Source: Macrostomum lignano (lineage: Eukaryota). Taken from it: a stretch of 64,000 bases of DNA. The DNA lies in assembly GCA_002269645.1 (NCBI GenBank), contig NIVC01002766.1, forward strand, positions 62,001 to 126,000, given 5' to 3'. Every line of letters starts with the position of its first letter. Positions within the stretch are counted from its first letter, which is position 1. A program made the position numbers and the translations under genes. This document shows, in pieces, positions 26,160 to 36,672 of the stretch. The notes below the pieces were generated by a model that saw only the letters and a list, made by a program, of their open reading frames with translations, was not told the DNA's origin and searched no databases.

Positions 26160-26575
26160 ACCAAGGGGCGCCAGCACCAAGGGGCGCCAGCACCAAGGGG
26201 CGCCAGCACCAAGGGGCGCCAGCACCAAGGGGCGCCAGCACCAAGGGGCGCCAGCACCAAGGGGCGCCAGCACCAAGGGGCGCCAGCACCAAGGGGCGCC
26301 AGCACCAAGGGGCGCCAGCACCAAGGGGCGCCAGCACCAAGGGGCGCCAGCACCAAGGGGCGCCAGCACCAAGGGGCGCCAGCACCAAGGGGCGCCAGCA
26401 CCAAGGGGCGCCAGCACCAAGGGGCGCCAGCACCAAGGGGCGCCAGCACCAAGGGGCGCCAGCACCAAGGGGCGCCAGCACAAAGGGGCGCCAGCACCAA
26501 GGGGCGCCAGCACAAAGGGGCGCCAGCACAAAGGGGCGCCAGCACCAAGGGGCGCGAGCACCAAGCGGCGCCAGC
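26160..26575. repeat. 16-bp GC-rich minisatellite (AAGGGGCGCCAGCACC)
   Basis: About 26 units; same core as the 15-bp array. Confidence 0.97.
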
Positions 26576-26661
26576 ATAATCCCAATGGAAACACTTACAG
26601 CCCTTAATTGCAGCATAGGTTATGGAGCCACCACAATCCGGAATGCAATGCTTGCGCTCAC

Positions 26662-26928
26662 CGTAATATACACAGCTCTAATTAGCGGCGTTTTGCCTTT
26701 GAAATCGCGAAAATTTGTTGCCAACCCGACGTCGCCTTCGCAAGCTTCCAATATAAATTTGGCCAGGTGGCTTTTGTTGCGATTAACCGCATCAAGGAGC
26801 GCATTGGCCGCTGTCTCCATGCCGGGCTGGTCGCGGGCGGTCTTTGCAGCCGAGCTCTGCATCTGTTGCTGGGGCAGAGCTGAAACTTTACCAGCCTTCA
26901 TCTGGCTCTGAGGATAGGAGCGGTTCAT
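26662..26928 (-). CDS. ANKRD63-like exon 1
   Basis: NALLDAVNRNKSHLAKFILEACE...GKTPLIRAV resembles ANKRD63 TFLEAMQAGKVHLARFVLDAL...GRTPLMVAV; donor ACG|GTGAGC, phase 0; joined CDS 1302 nt = 433 aa; exact start Met uncertain. Confidence 0.85.
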
Positions 26929-27177
26929 CCTTGAGAATCCAGGTATTTACCTCTCTATTGTAAACGCTCTGGGGAGAGGCGATCGCGGAACTTTAAACCG
27001 TATTTTCTGTTCAATAAGCATATTTCGCTGTTTCTGCTCTCAGGTGCAGAGCCAATCGGGCATCAGATGGGAAGCAGTCGGAACTTCTCTGGGAACTTTC
27101 TAGCCAAGAAGTCCAGAAACCAGAACCTGGACTAGCGCATCAACTGATTTTATACAAATGGGTTATGAAAAAGAGTC

Positions 27178-27395
27178 GGCCTGTTCAGTCCAAGGACTGG
27201 GGGGGGGGGTCGCCACATATGCTCAATAACCCCCAGCTAATGCTGACCTCCATTGTACAGCTGGGTAACTGAAGCAATGCAGAGTTAGGCGTCTTGCTCA
27301 AGGACACAAATTGTTCCGATCGTGAGTCGTGAATCGAACCCACGACCTTCAAGTCACGAGTCCGACGCTCTGACCACTAAGGGTTCAACCCCGTG
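27178..27395 (-). mobile_element. tRNA-derived SINE with CORE-like central domain, copy 1
   Basis: Minus strand: A-box-like TAGTGGTCAGAGC, B box GGTTCGATTC, then GTGTCCTTGAGCAAGACGCCTAAC...CAGTTACCCAGCTGTACAATGG, resembling the CORE consensus; 3' hairpin CAGTCC-TT-GGACTG. Confidence 0.8.
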
Positions 27396-27809
27396 TAAAT
27401 CCATGGTCTGGCTGTCGGGTCTCCTTGACTACATGTAGACTGACTGCATGCATGGCCCAACCCCGGAGAGAAAGATTTCTTTGATGTGTTCACTTCAGCC
27501 TCGATCTAATTGGCAATTAACTTACAGTCGAAAAATTGCGTGCGCGTTTTTAATGATCGAACTGGAGCAAAATTACACTTCCTAAAAAGTTAATTCTAAA
27601 TCTTAGGATTATTAGTGCTGAACTTTTTAAATGCTGCTACGAGAGGGAGGTTTGCTTTCAATGGTTCAACATTTTTTTATTACGTAACGGTGCATGCAAA
27701 CGTGGTTTAGATGCTAGACAGATAACACAGTAAAATAGACAAGCCCACTTGGTCGCAGTACAGAAGAAACTCAAAGAGTAGCTTCTCAAGGGCGATGGTA
27801 GGTTCTCAG

Positions 27810-28607
27810 GGTGCCACGGTAGATTCTTAAGGAGCCACACAGTAGATTCTTAAGGTGCCACGGTAGATTCTTTAAGGAGCTACGGTAGATTCTTAAGGAG
27901 CCACAGTAGATTCTTAAGGAGCCACAGTAGATTCTTAAGGAGCCACAGTAGATTCTTAAGGAGCCACAGTAGATTCTTAAGGAGCCACGGTAGATTCTTA
28001 AGGAGCTACGGTAGATTCTTAAGGAGCCACAGTAGATTCTTAAAGAGCTACGGTAGATTCCCAAGGAGCCACAGTAGATTCTTAAGGAGCTATGGTAGAT
28101 TTCCAAGGAGCCACAGTAGATTCTTAAGGAGCCACAGTAGATTCTTAAGGAGCTACGGTAGATTTCCAAGGAACCACAGTAGATTCTTAAAGAGCTACGG
28201 TAGATTCCCAAGGAGCCACAGTAGATTCTTAAGGAGCTACGGTAGATTTCCAAGGAGCCACAGTAGATTCTTAAGGAGCTACGGTAGATTTCCAAGGAGC
28301 CACAGTAGATGCTTAAGGAGCTACGGTAGATTTCCAAGGAGCCACAGTAGATTCTTAAGGAGCTACGGTAGATTCCCAAGGAGCCACAGTAGATTCTTAA
28401 GGAGCTACGGTAGATTTCCAAGGAGCCACAGTAGATTCTTAAGGAGCTACGGTAGATTTCCAAGGAGCCACAGTAGATTCTTAAGGAGCTACGGTAGATT
28501 TCCAAGGAGCCACAGTAGATTCTTAAGGAGCTACGGTAGATTTCCAAGGAGCCACAGTAGATTCTTAAGGAGCTACGGTAGATTTCCAAGGAGCCACGGT
28601 AGATTCC
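27810..28607. repeat. 21-bp minisatellite (AAGGAGCCACAGTAGATTCTT) evolving into a 42-bp dimer
   Basis: Right half alternates CCACAG...TTCTT and CTACGG...TTTCC units. Confidence 0.95.
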
Positions 28608-28821
28608 AGAGCGTAGTTCCTTTTAGTTTTTAGATGTATGTTGAATATGCAGTTTTATTTTTCAGTGCAAAATGCAGTGCAGTGCATATGCAGTGCAAAA
28701 TTTAATAGCCATGATTTCAATAAGAATTATTTTTCGTCTCGATCGCCTTGCACACGCAATAATAATTGAATAATTTAGTACAGCTGCCTTATTGAGCGCG
28801 GCGCATCTGAAGGCTGCGTAC

Positions 28822-29013
28822 GGCTGTTCAGTCCAAGGACTGGGGGTCGCTACACACCCTCAATTAATTACCCCAGCTAATGCTGGCACCCATTTTACAG
28901 CTGGGTGAACTGAAGCAATGCATGGAGTTGATTGTCCGAGTGAGACGGGAATCGAACCCCCGACCTTTCAGTGGTGAGTCAGACGCTCCGATCACTAAAA
29001 GCTACAAACCCGT
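28822..29013 (-). mobile_element. tRNA-derived CORE-like SINE, copy 2 (internal deletion)
   Basis: Shares CTGTTCAGTCCAAGGACTGG, CCCCAGCTAATGCTG, TACAGCTGGGT, GAATCGAACCC with copy 1; lacks the CCTTGAGCAAG segment. Confidence 0.8.
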
Positions 29014-30119
29014 AAAGACGCGGTTTGCACTCGTCAGGACTAGAATTTATTGAAAAGTTTTAGGTTAGAAATAAAGTTAATAAACTTTCTTACACAATTG
29101 CACGAATTAATAAATATAAATAAAGCTAGGGAGCCCATGAGTAACGCTAAAAACCTGGAAAACTTTATTTCGAATAAACATTCTTTTAAAGAGCGATTCC
29201 GTAACATGGTTATTGCTCAATATTACTTATAATAGTATAATTTTTATTATGTAACGATCAATGACAAAGTCAATAACGCTCGTACTTGGAACTTAGTGTC
29301 TGGATCATAATTAGTACATCTCTTGTATCGCATCTACTACTGCTAATAGCAATGTCAAGTTTTTTTCACTTGTTAAATTAACAAAACTTTGACAACGACC
29401 CACACAAAGCAATCAATAAAGTTTGATAGGAAATGTCTCGTGAAACATTACGGAATGATAAAAATATACATCTTAATACTGCAATATATTTTAATAGATA
29501 GTAATAAACAATATCCAGAAGAATTAAAACAAGCCAGATGAAAATCATATTGCTAGATGCATAAAATGAACAATTAAACAAGGCAAGGCACATATTGGTT
29601 TCAGTTCACAGCGAGGGATCACAATAAAATTTATGACTAATAATCTGGCTAGTTAAGGTGCTTTGACCTTCAATTGTCTAGTGCAAAAGAAAAGTACGAC
29701 AGTACCTAAAAATAGTAAAATCTTTGGTTTTATCCCCAGACCAAAGGAATCGACCGAATTGGAAATTAAATAAAGCTATTGGGCTCATTATTTATGCAAT
29801 AATTATGCAATAGTGAGCAAAGAGGATATCATAACTCGTAAATGTTTCATTATTAGTTTTTTTTATTAACAGCTAAGCTGTTTTAAATAACAGAGCTATT
29901 GCACACAATCGGCATAAAATACTGGATTGCAGACCGTGCAATGACGTCATCGCAACCACTATTTGACCTTCAATTGTCAGTAATGCCTAATGCCTAATAA
30001 TGCCTAATAATGGGCAGTAATGCCTCTCGCCGCTTAAAGTGCGCCAGGGTGCACACAGCCCCTGTCTATCTATATAACTAAACAAACACCGATCCTACTC
30101 GTATTTGACCTTCAACTGT

Positions 30120-30659
30120 TCACCTGTCGGTTTTATCCGCCCCAGTAGCACCAGAAGAATCCGCCGACACAAGCGCCATAGCGGCAGTATAAACGCTAGT
30201 AAAAGAATAGCCTTCAGCTCCGAGCATGTGGCTATCGTCTAGAAAGTACTCAATGTACTTTAAATGGCAGAGCAGAGCCGGCTGGCCGGAGGTGGCCACA
30301 ACGAATGCCAGCACGGGCACCAGATCGTCGGCGCCGATTTCGCCGGCCCCGACGGCCGATCGCATCGCCGCTAAGGCGCTGTTCAGAGTGTCCTGCAACA
30401 GTTGGCACTTTGCCAAAGGCGTACCAGGCGAGGCGCACAGTCGGCGCAGTAGGTCGCGCGATTCCGACAACGGCGCTAAATCGGTTGTTAAACTGTCGAA
30501 TCTTTGACCGACGCCGCACAGTTTAGCAACGGATTCTAACTGAGAGGAGACCTGACAGTCTGCCTGTTTGTCCCCTGCTACTTCGATCATGACAGCGGCC
30601 AGTCTGCTGAGATGAGGCCGCAGTACGATGGCCAGTCGGGCCAGGGCGCACGACTCCAC
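30120..30659 (-). CDS. VPS9D1: VPS9D1-like, C-terminal VPS9 domain (downstream of a frame break near 30660)
   Basis: PGTPLAKCQLL...IGADDLVPVLAFVVATSG...KYIEYFL...GAEGYSFTS carries the VPS9 GADD motif; TGA at 30120-30122. Confidence 0.82.
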   Translation of the reverse strand: MESCALARLAIVLRPHLSRLAAVMIEVAGDKQADCQVSSQLESVAKLCGVGQRFDSLTTDLAPLSESRDLLRRLCASPGTPLAKCQLLQDTLNSALAAMRSAVGAGEIGADDLVPVLAFVVATSGQPALLCHLKYIEYFLDDSHMLGAEGYSFTSVYTAAMALVSADSSGATGADKTDR

Positions 30660-31117
30660 CCGGGGGAGAGCAGGCGGCCAGACAGCAGCGCGGAGCACGC
30701 GGCCACCTCGTGACTGGCTAATCCGCCATCGCTGCCGCCGCCGCCGCAGAGAAGACAGGCGGCCGGAGCCAGCCGACGCAACAGACGACAGGCGACGCGG
30801 CCGACTCTGGCTGAGGAATCGTCGCGATCGGCGTCAAGCAGCAGACTGTCCGTCAGGCTCAATAGTTCAACGTCGGGAGCCTCGACAGAGTCGGCAGGGG
30901 TTGGCGGCGCTACGGACAGCCGATTGGCCAGCCGGTCGGAGAATGCGGCAATAAAAGCAGCCAGTGGGTGGTCGGGAATGGACAGCACGTACTGCAGGCG
31001 GGCAGGCGGCTGGCCGGCGGATTTCTGGTACAGCTGATCCCGGTACAGCACCAGGTAGTCGAACTCGCTGCACCGGCAGTACAGGGTGCGCAGCTCGGCG
31101 GCATCGATGGCCTTTTC
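30660..31117 (-). CDS. VPS9D1: VPS9D1-like exon 2, 5' part
   Basis: EKAIDAAELRTLYCRCSEFD...DHPLAAFI...LLSPGW resembles VPS9D1 EQRALYAAILEYE, HPIAQLL and FFSPLW; phase-0 acceptor CCTTCAAG|GAA; boundary at 30660 approximate. Confidence 0.7.
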
Positions 31118-31135
31118 CTTGAAGGGGGTGGGGGC

Positions 31136-31720
31136 ACTGAATCTTATCGCCTCTGACACCGAATCTGATCGCCTCTGACACCGAATCTGATCGCCTCTGA
31201 CACTGAATCTTATCGCCTCTGACACCGAATCTTATCGCCTCTGACACTGAATCTTATCGCCTCTGACACTGAATCTTATCGCCTCTGACACTGAATCTTA
31301 TCGCCTCTGACACCGAATCTTATCGCCTCTGACAACGAATCTTATCGCCTCTGACACCGAATCTCAGCACACTTGACACCGAATCTTATCGTCTCTGACA
31401 CCGAATCTCAGCACACCTGACACCAAATCTTATGACACCTGACACCGAATCTCAGCACACCTGACACCGAATCTGATCACACCTGACACCGAAGCTCATC
31501 ACACCTGACACCGAATCTGATCACACCTGGCACCGAATCTCATCACACCTGACACCGAATCTCATCACACCTGACACCGAAGCTCATCACACCTGACACC
31601 GAATCTGATCACACCTGACACCGAATCTGATCACACCTGACACCGAATCTCATCACACCTGACACCGAATCTGATCACACATGACACCGAATCTCATCAC
31701 ACCTGACACCGAATCTTATC
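31136..31720. repeat. 22-bp minisatellite (CTGACACCGAATCTTATCGCCT, shifting to ...CTCATCACAC) filling the VPS9D1 intron
   Basis: Direct reading; two subtypes along the array. Confidence 0.93.
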
Positions 31721-31785
31721 CTAGCAATAATTATCAAACACTGACTGACACAAAGGAAAATATCACAGAATCCTTAAAGCCAAAC

Positions 31786-32457
31786 CTCATCAGACTCCAC
31801 AGGTCCGTCATCATATTCGAATACCTCCGTATGCAGCTGAAACAGGCGGCTACAGTCGGTCCGTTTAGCCAGCAGATCATCCTGCAGAGCCTGTTCAAAA
31901 GCCGCCTGTTTCGGCTTAGCCAACTGCAAATTCTCTTCTATTCGGCGTTGCAAAGCCAGGTGTAAATTAACCCGGCGTGGGTCACCTTTGGGCAGGGCGC
32001 TGGTCCTAGCCAGATGGGCGCTGTAGAGCCGCCTGTTCAGCTCCATCGCTTCTTGCATGGGGGATTTACGCGGGCCAAGATAGGCTGGAGCTGGAGGAAT
32101 TGGAGAAGAGGCAGTACCCGCAAACTGCGCCGGAGTCTGGGCCGCTGCTTGATGAGGCGGCGGCTTACCCGGTTGCTGGGGTGTCCGATTATTCATACCA
32201 GGAGGGGCGGCATTTAATAACGCGTCGCTTCGTTCTAAACACAATTTCATCAATCGCATCAACTTCCGCTGCTCATCCAACTGTTGAGCTGATAATTGAG
32301 CAACTGGGACAGCCTGAGAGGCGGCAGCAGCAGCTGAAGCAACAGCCGCAGCCAGGACCTGCTGCATGCAGGCTAAATAAGGGAAATAGCATCGTTCGCT
32401 TTGGCCTTGTTCGTCCTGACGGAGAACGTCTAGGACTGCCGTCACGGCCGTCTGTGA
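31786..32457 (-). CDS. VPS9D1: VPS9D1-like exon 1; begins at a phase-0 acceptor with no ATG
   Basis: LMRLMKLCLERS and KSPMQEAMELNRRL...LHLALQRRIEENLQLAK match VPS9D1 MLKLAQQCLERA and LSPMEEASLQNQKL...LTLSLQRQMMENLVIAK; acceptor GCTGCAG|TCA, donor GAG|GTTTGG; 224 codons. Confidence 0.82.
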
Positions 32458-32574
32458 CTGCAGCGGAATTTTTTAATCAAATCAAAATTTGCGGTATAAT
32501 AAGTTATTCTTTTACGCCAATAATAGTTCCAATCCAAAGAGCACTGCATCTTGAGAACCTTTCCGGGAGTCAAT

Positions 32575-33955
32575 CATCTAGATAAACTTTCCTAGAAACC
32601 GTTATGTAGATAAACTTTCCTAGAATCTGTCATCTAGAAAACTTTTCCTAGAATCAGTCATCTAGAGACCTTTTCCTAGAATCTGTCATCTAGAGAACTT
32701 TTCCTAGAATCAGTCATCTAGAGAACTTTTCCTAGAATCTGTCATCTAGAGAACTTTTCCTAGAATCAGTCATCTGGAGAACTTTTCCTAGAGTCAGTCA
32801 TCTAGAGAACTTTTCCTAGAATCAGTCATCTGGAGAACTTTTCCTAGAATCAGTCATCTAGAGAACTTTTCCTAGAATCAGTCATCTGGAGAACTTTTCC
32901 TAGAATCAGTCATCTAGAGAACTTTTCCTAGAATCTGTCATCTAGAAAACTTTTCCTAGAATCAGTCATCTAGAGACCTTTTCCTAGAATCTGTCATCTA
33001 GAGAACTTTTCCTAGAATCAGTCATCTAGAGAACTTTTCCTAGAATCAGTCATCTAGAGAACTTTTCCTAGAATCAGTCATCTGGAGAACTTTTCCTAGA
33101 ATCAGTCATCTAGAAAACTTTTCCTAGAATCAGTCATCTAGAGACCTTTTCCTAGAATCTGTCATCTAGAGAACTTTTCCTAGAATCAGTCATCTAGAGA
33201 ACTTTTCCTAGAATCTGTCATCTAGAGAACTTTTCCTAGAATCAGTCATCTGGAGAACTTTTCCTAGAGTCAGTCATCTAGAGAACTTTTCCTAGAATCA
33301 GTCATCTGGAGAACTTTTCCTAGAATCAGTCATCTAGAGAACTTTTCCTAGAATCAGTCATCTGGAGAACTTTTCCTAGAATCAGTCATCTAGAGAACTT
33401 TTCCTAGAATCTGTCATCTAGAAAACTTTTCCTAGAATCAGTCATCTAGAGACCTTTTCCTAGAATCTGTCATCTAGAGAACTTTTCCTAGAATCAGTCA
33501 TCTAGAGAACTTTTCCTAGAATCAGTCATCTAGAGAACTTTTCCTAGAATCAGTCATCTAGAGAATCTTTCCTAGAATCAGTCATCTAGAGACCTTTTCC
33601 TAGAATCTGTCATCTAGAGAATCTTTCCTAGAATCAGTCATCTAGAGACCTTTTCCTAGAATCTGTCATCTAGAGAATCTTTCCTAGAATCAGTCATCTA
33701 GAGACCTTTTCCTAGAATCTGTCATCTAGAGAATCTTTCCTAGAATCAGTCATCTAGAGACCTTTTCCTATAATCAATCATCTAGAGAATTCTTTCCTAG
33801 AATCAATAATCTAGAGAACCTTTCCTAGAATCCATCATCTAGAACTTTTCCTAGAATCCACCATCTAGAGAATTCTTTCCTAGAATCAGTAATCTAAAGA
33901 ACTTTTCCTAGAATCAATCATCTAGAAAATCATTCCAAGAATCTGTCATCTATAC
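32575..33955. repeat. 28-bp minisatellite (TCTAGAGAACTTTTCCTAGAATCAGTCA) between RPL13 and VPS9D1
   Basis: About 48 units with recurring variant blocks. Confidence 0.96.
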
Positions 33956-34207
33956 AACCATTCCTAGAATCAATAAAGAACATTTCTCAGAATTCCTAGA
34001 AAAAAACATTTTAGAAACTTTCGTATTTCCGCATAACAGAAAAAAAAACTAGAAAGACTTGACATTTTTAATCCATCAATCAAATTGGGCACGCGCAAGT
34101 GTATTTAACGGTGTCAATTTTATTCAAGTTGTTAGTTAAGCTTTTAACGCACAAAGGGAGAAACAGCCACCATTAGATCAGCTATATAGCTCAGCTTAGT
34201 TAACTCA

Positions 34208-34831
34208 TCACTTCTTCTCCTTCTCAGCCTGCTCGGCTTTCTTCTTGCGCAGTCCGTCGAGCCGCTTGTTCGCCCGAGCCTGTCGGATAGCGTGGAAGGC
34301 GTGGAACTTCTTGTCGTCCTCCGATTGGACGCGAGCCTTCACGCGGCGCAGTCGGCGGCCCGGAGCCACCACAGGCGGCAGCGGACGCTGTACAACAGAC
34401 CGAAGTTCCTCCTCCGAAGCTTCGCCAGCCTTCGGCGCCTTGGGATTCTTCGGGAATAGGATCAGCTTGCCGCGGTAGGCCTTCAATCGCTGGGCATTGC
34501 GCTGCAGACTCTCGGCTGAGCGATTCTTGCGCCGATGATCAACGGCGATGCCGATGGTTTGGGCGAGTCGGCGATTGATGCCGGCGGCCTTGAGCTCGTC
34601 CAGGCTGAAGCCGCGGCCGGGGCGGACACGCATGTTGTACCTGATGGTCTGGCAGCGGACCACCGGGCGAAGAGGCCCGTTCACTGGCCGGGGCGCTATA
34701 AGGCGCGCCTTCTCGACGCGAGCTTTACGACGGCGCTCCTTGCGAGCGGGCTGGTTGAACCAGGTGCGAACAAAGCGCTGCCAGTCCTTGTGGAAGTGGG
34801 CATTCGGTATGATGTTCTTGCGCTTCACCAT
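34208..34831 (-). CDS. RPL13: 60S ribosomal protein eL13, 207 aa (true ATG 34831, not the ORF-track start 34873)
   Basis: [35 protein letters not shown]...[10 protein letters not shown]; acceptor TTTTCCAG 14 nt upstream; AATAAA on minus strand at 34119-34124. Confidence 0.97.
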   Translation of the reverse strand: MVKRKNIIPNAHFHKDWQRFVRTWFNQPARKERRRKARVEKARLIAPRPVNGPLRPVVRCQTIRYNMRVRPGRGFSLDELKAAGINRRLAQTIGIAVDHRRKNRSAESLQRNAQRLKAYRGKLILFPKNPKAPKAGEASEEELRSVVQRPLPPVVAPGRRLRRVKARVQSEDDKKFHAFHAIRQARANKRLDGLRKKKAEQAEKEKK

Positions 34832-36479
34832 GGCGACCGGAACTGCTGGAAAATCTGCAATTGCAAAAGTCAAACTTTGTTATTACTATGAGTAGGTTGA
34901 CTGGATTATTTGTTTTTTTATTGAAGAAGTTAGATCTAAACTATTAGTTAGAGGACTCAAATGGGGACCTTTGACCAACATTTCTGAGCTAAAGGATATT
35001 GATGCTATTCAAACAAATTTCTACAAATACCTTTTCAACCTCCCAAAGCATCTTAGCAATAGTATCATTTAAGCTGAGCTCAGCATCTTGCCAATTTCCT
35101 ACACCAGATCCATAAAGCTTTTTAAATTTATTTGGTTAAAACTAAGACACAAAAACACTATCAACACCCCCATTGAACTCTGAAGCAAACACAAGCTCAC
35201 AAAATCTATGGAAAACTAATAATGTAACTGAAATACTACATGGCATCAATTTGGAATGCATGACCACAATGAACCCAGACAAAAAATCTCTGTTTTACAT
35301 TACCTTCCCACTCCTAAATCTTATTTACATGCCAGAAAATTCCAACATATAACATATGTGTAAAATGGTTAGCATAAAGGGGTGATAGTCATTTTGTCAA
35401 CTGGCGTTTTGTCAACTTAGTTGACAAAGTGACCAAAGTGTTGGGGCAACTTTATTGGTAGTTAACAAAATGACCAATGCCTAGGTCTCCCCTATTTGCT
35501 TATTGACAAAGTGACCAAAATTTTACTATATGAATGATATAGCTGATATAACTGCATAATCTTGTAGCTGACAATAATTATTGTATCTATTACATTGTTT
35601 TAATAATTACCTTATTTTACATAAACAATGATCAAAAATTGCAATGGATTTGCTATTAATATTACTGCAATACTACATCATATATGTGTCATCCATATGA
35701 TGATGACAACTTGAACAAATCTCGAAGACTTAAACATTTAAATATGACAACTTTGACCAAAGGCAAGGGTGTATTAATTTTGGATTTTTCTACCTTCGGG
35801 CAAAAATCCCTTGCATATGCACCCGTAATTTTTATATTAACTGTGTCAATTAATGCTGATTCACCCCTGATTGCTGCATCAGCGATCAGGGTCGGCATTG
35901 CGTTCGTGCAAATTAATCCGGAGAAATTGCGCAGACGAATCACAACGAAATTTTCTTTCTCCTGCTTACTCCAACAGCCGGGTTCTCAAGTCTAATAAAT
36001 CTAATAAAACTATAAAATAAAACTAACAAGTCTAAAGTGTGCAAAACTAATAAATAAATTTAAACTAAACTGTCGAACACAAAAGGAAAAAGGCAAGAAA
36101 AAGAAAAAGGAAAAGGGGGTTGAAAATTAGGCGGCACATCAAGACAGTATAAATATTAAAAAAAGGAGGTTACAATCAACGGGTGGGGGTGCCGCTGGAC
36201 ACACTACTGGACCAAAAATCCCATGCGTGGAGACTACCGATGGAATGGCTCACAGGTTACATGCAAGCAACAAAATTAAAACAAAAGTTTTGACCAAGAT
36301 TTGACCAAGACCTACTTTTCCAACCAAAGGAAGAATAGAACAATTTCTGGAACCTCCAGTCAATGGAAATGTGACAAAAATTGAACAATGAGCGGACAAA
36401 AATTAAACGTTTGTAGCAGTTTTCCTTTTAAATGAGTTATTAAAGTAATGGTTATTAGCCTGATTGCAGCGCATGGGCA

Positions 36480-36672
36480 TTTTGGCGGACGGCGTCCGGC
36501 GCGGATCTAATACGGCGCGGCGCGGCGTGTACGGCGCGCGGCGATTAGTACGGCGCGGCGCGGTACTAATTAGATGCCGAGGCATTTAGGCTTGATAAGA
36601 CAGTCATAGTTACTCCTGCCGTTTACCCAAAACTGCGTTAATTTTGCTTTAGGGTTTCTTTCACAGGTAAGT
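36480..36672. promoter_or_regulatory. Putative bidirectional promoter for RPL13/RPL36, with a candidate noncoding first exon of RPL36
   Basis: CpG-dense island in AT-rich context; plus-strand TTTCTTTCACAG|GTAAGT (pyrimidine tract then perfect donor at 36666/36667). Confidence 0.55.

Noticed and set aside
27178-27395. tRNA gene
   Set aside because: A and B boxes are present but there is no complete cloverleaf, and it continues into a shared SINE body
29010-29052. CCGTAAAGACG...GACTAGAATTTATTG loosely resembles a flatworm spliced-leader exon as I recall it from memory
   Set aside because: No terminal ATG|GT donor or Sm site, it overlaps the SINE 5' end, and my reference is unverified; aligning to the real SL RNA would settle it
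34832-34873. ORF-track N-terminal extension of RPL13 ([14 protein letters not shown])
   Set aside because: Starts at TTG within an acceptor region; eL13 homology begins at ATG 34831
35880-36125. Candidate noncoding first exon of RPL13 (minus-strand donor GA|GTAAGC at 35970/35969; pyrimidine tract near 36085-36120)
   Set aside because: Several equally weak candidates; cannot be fixed without transcript data
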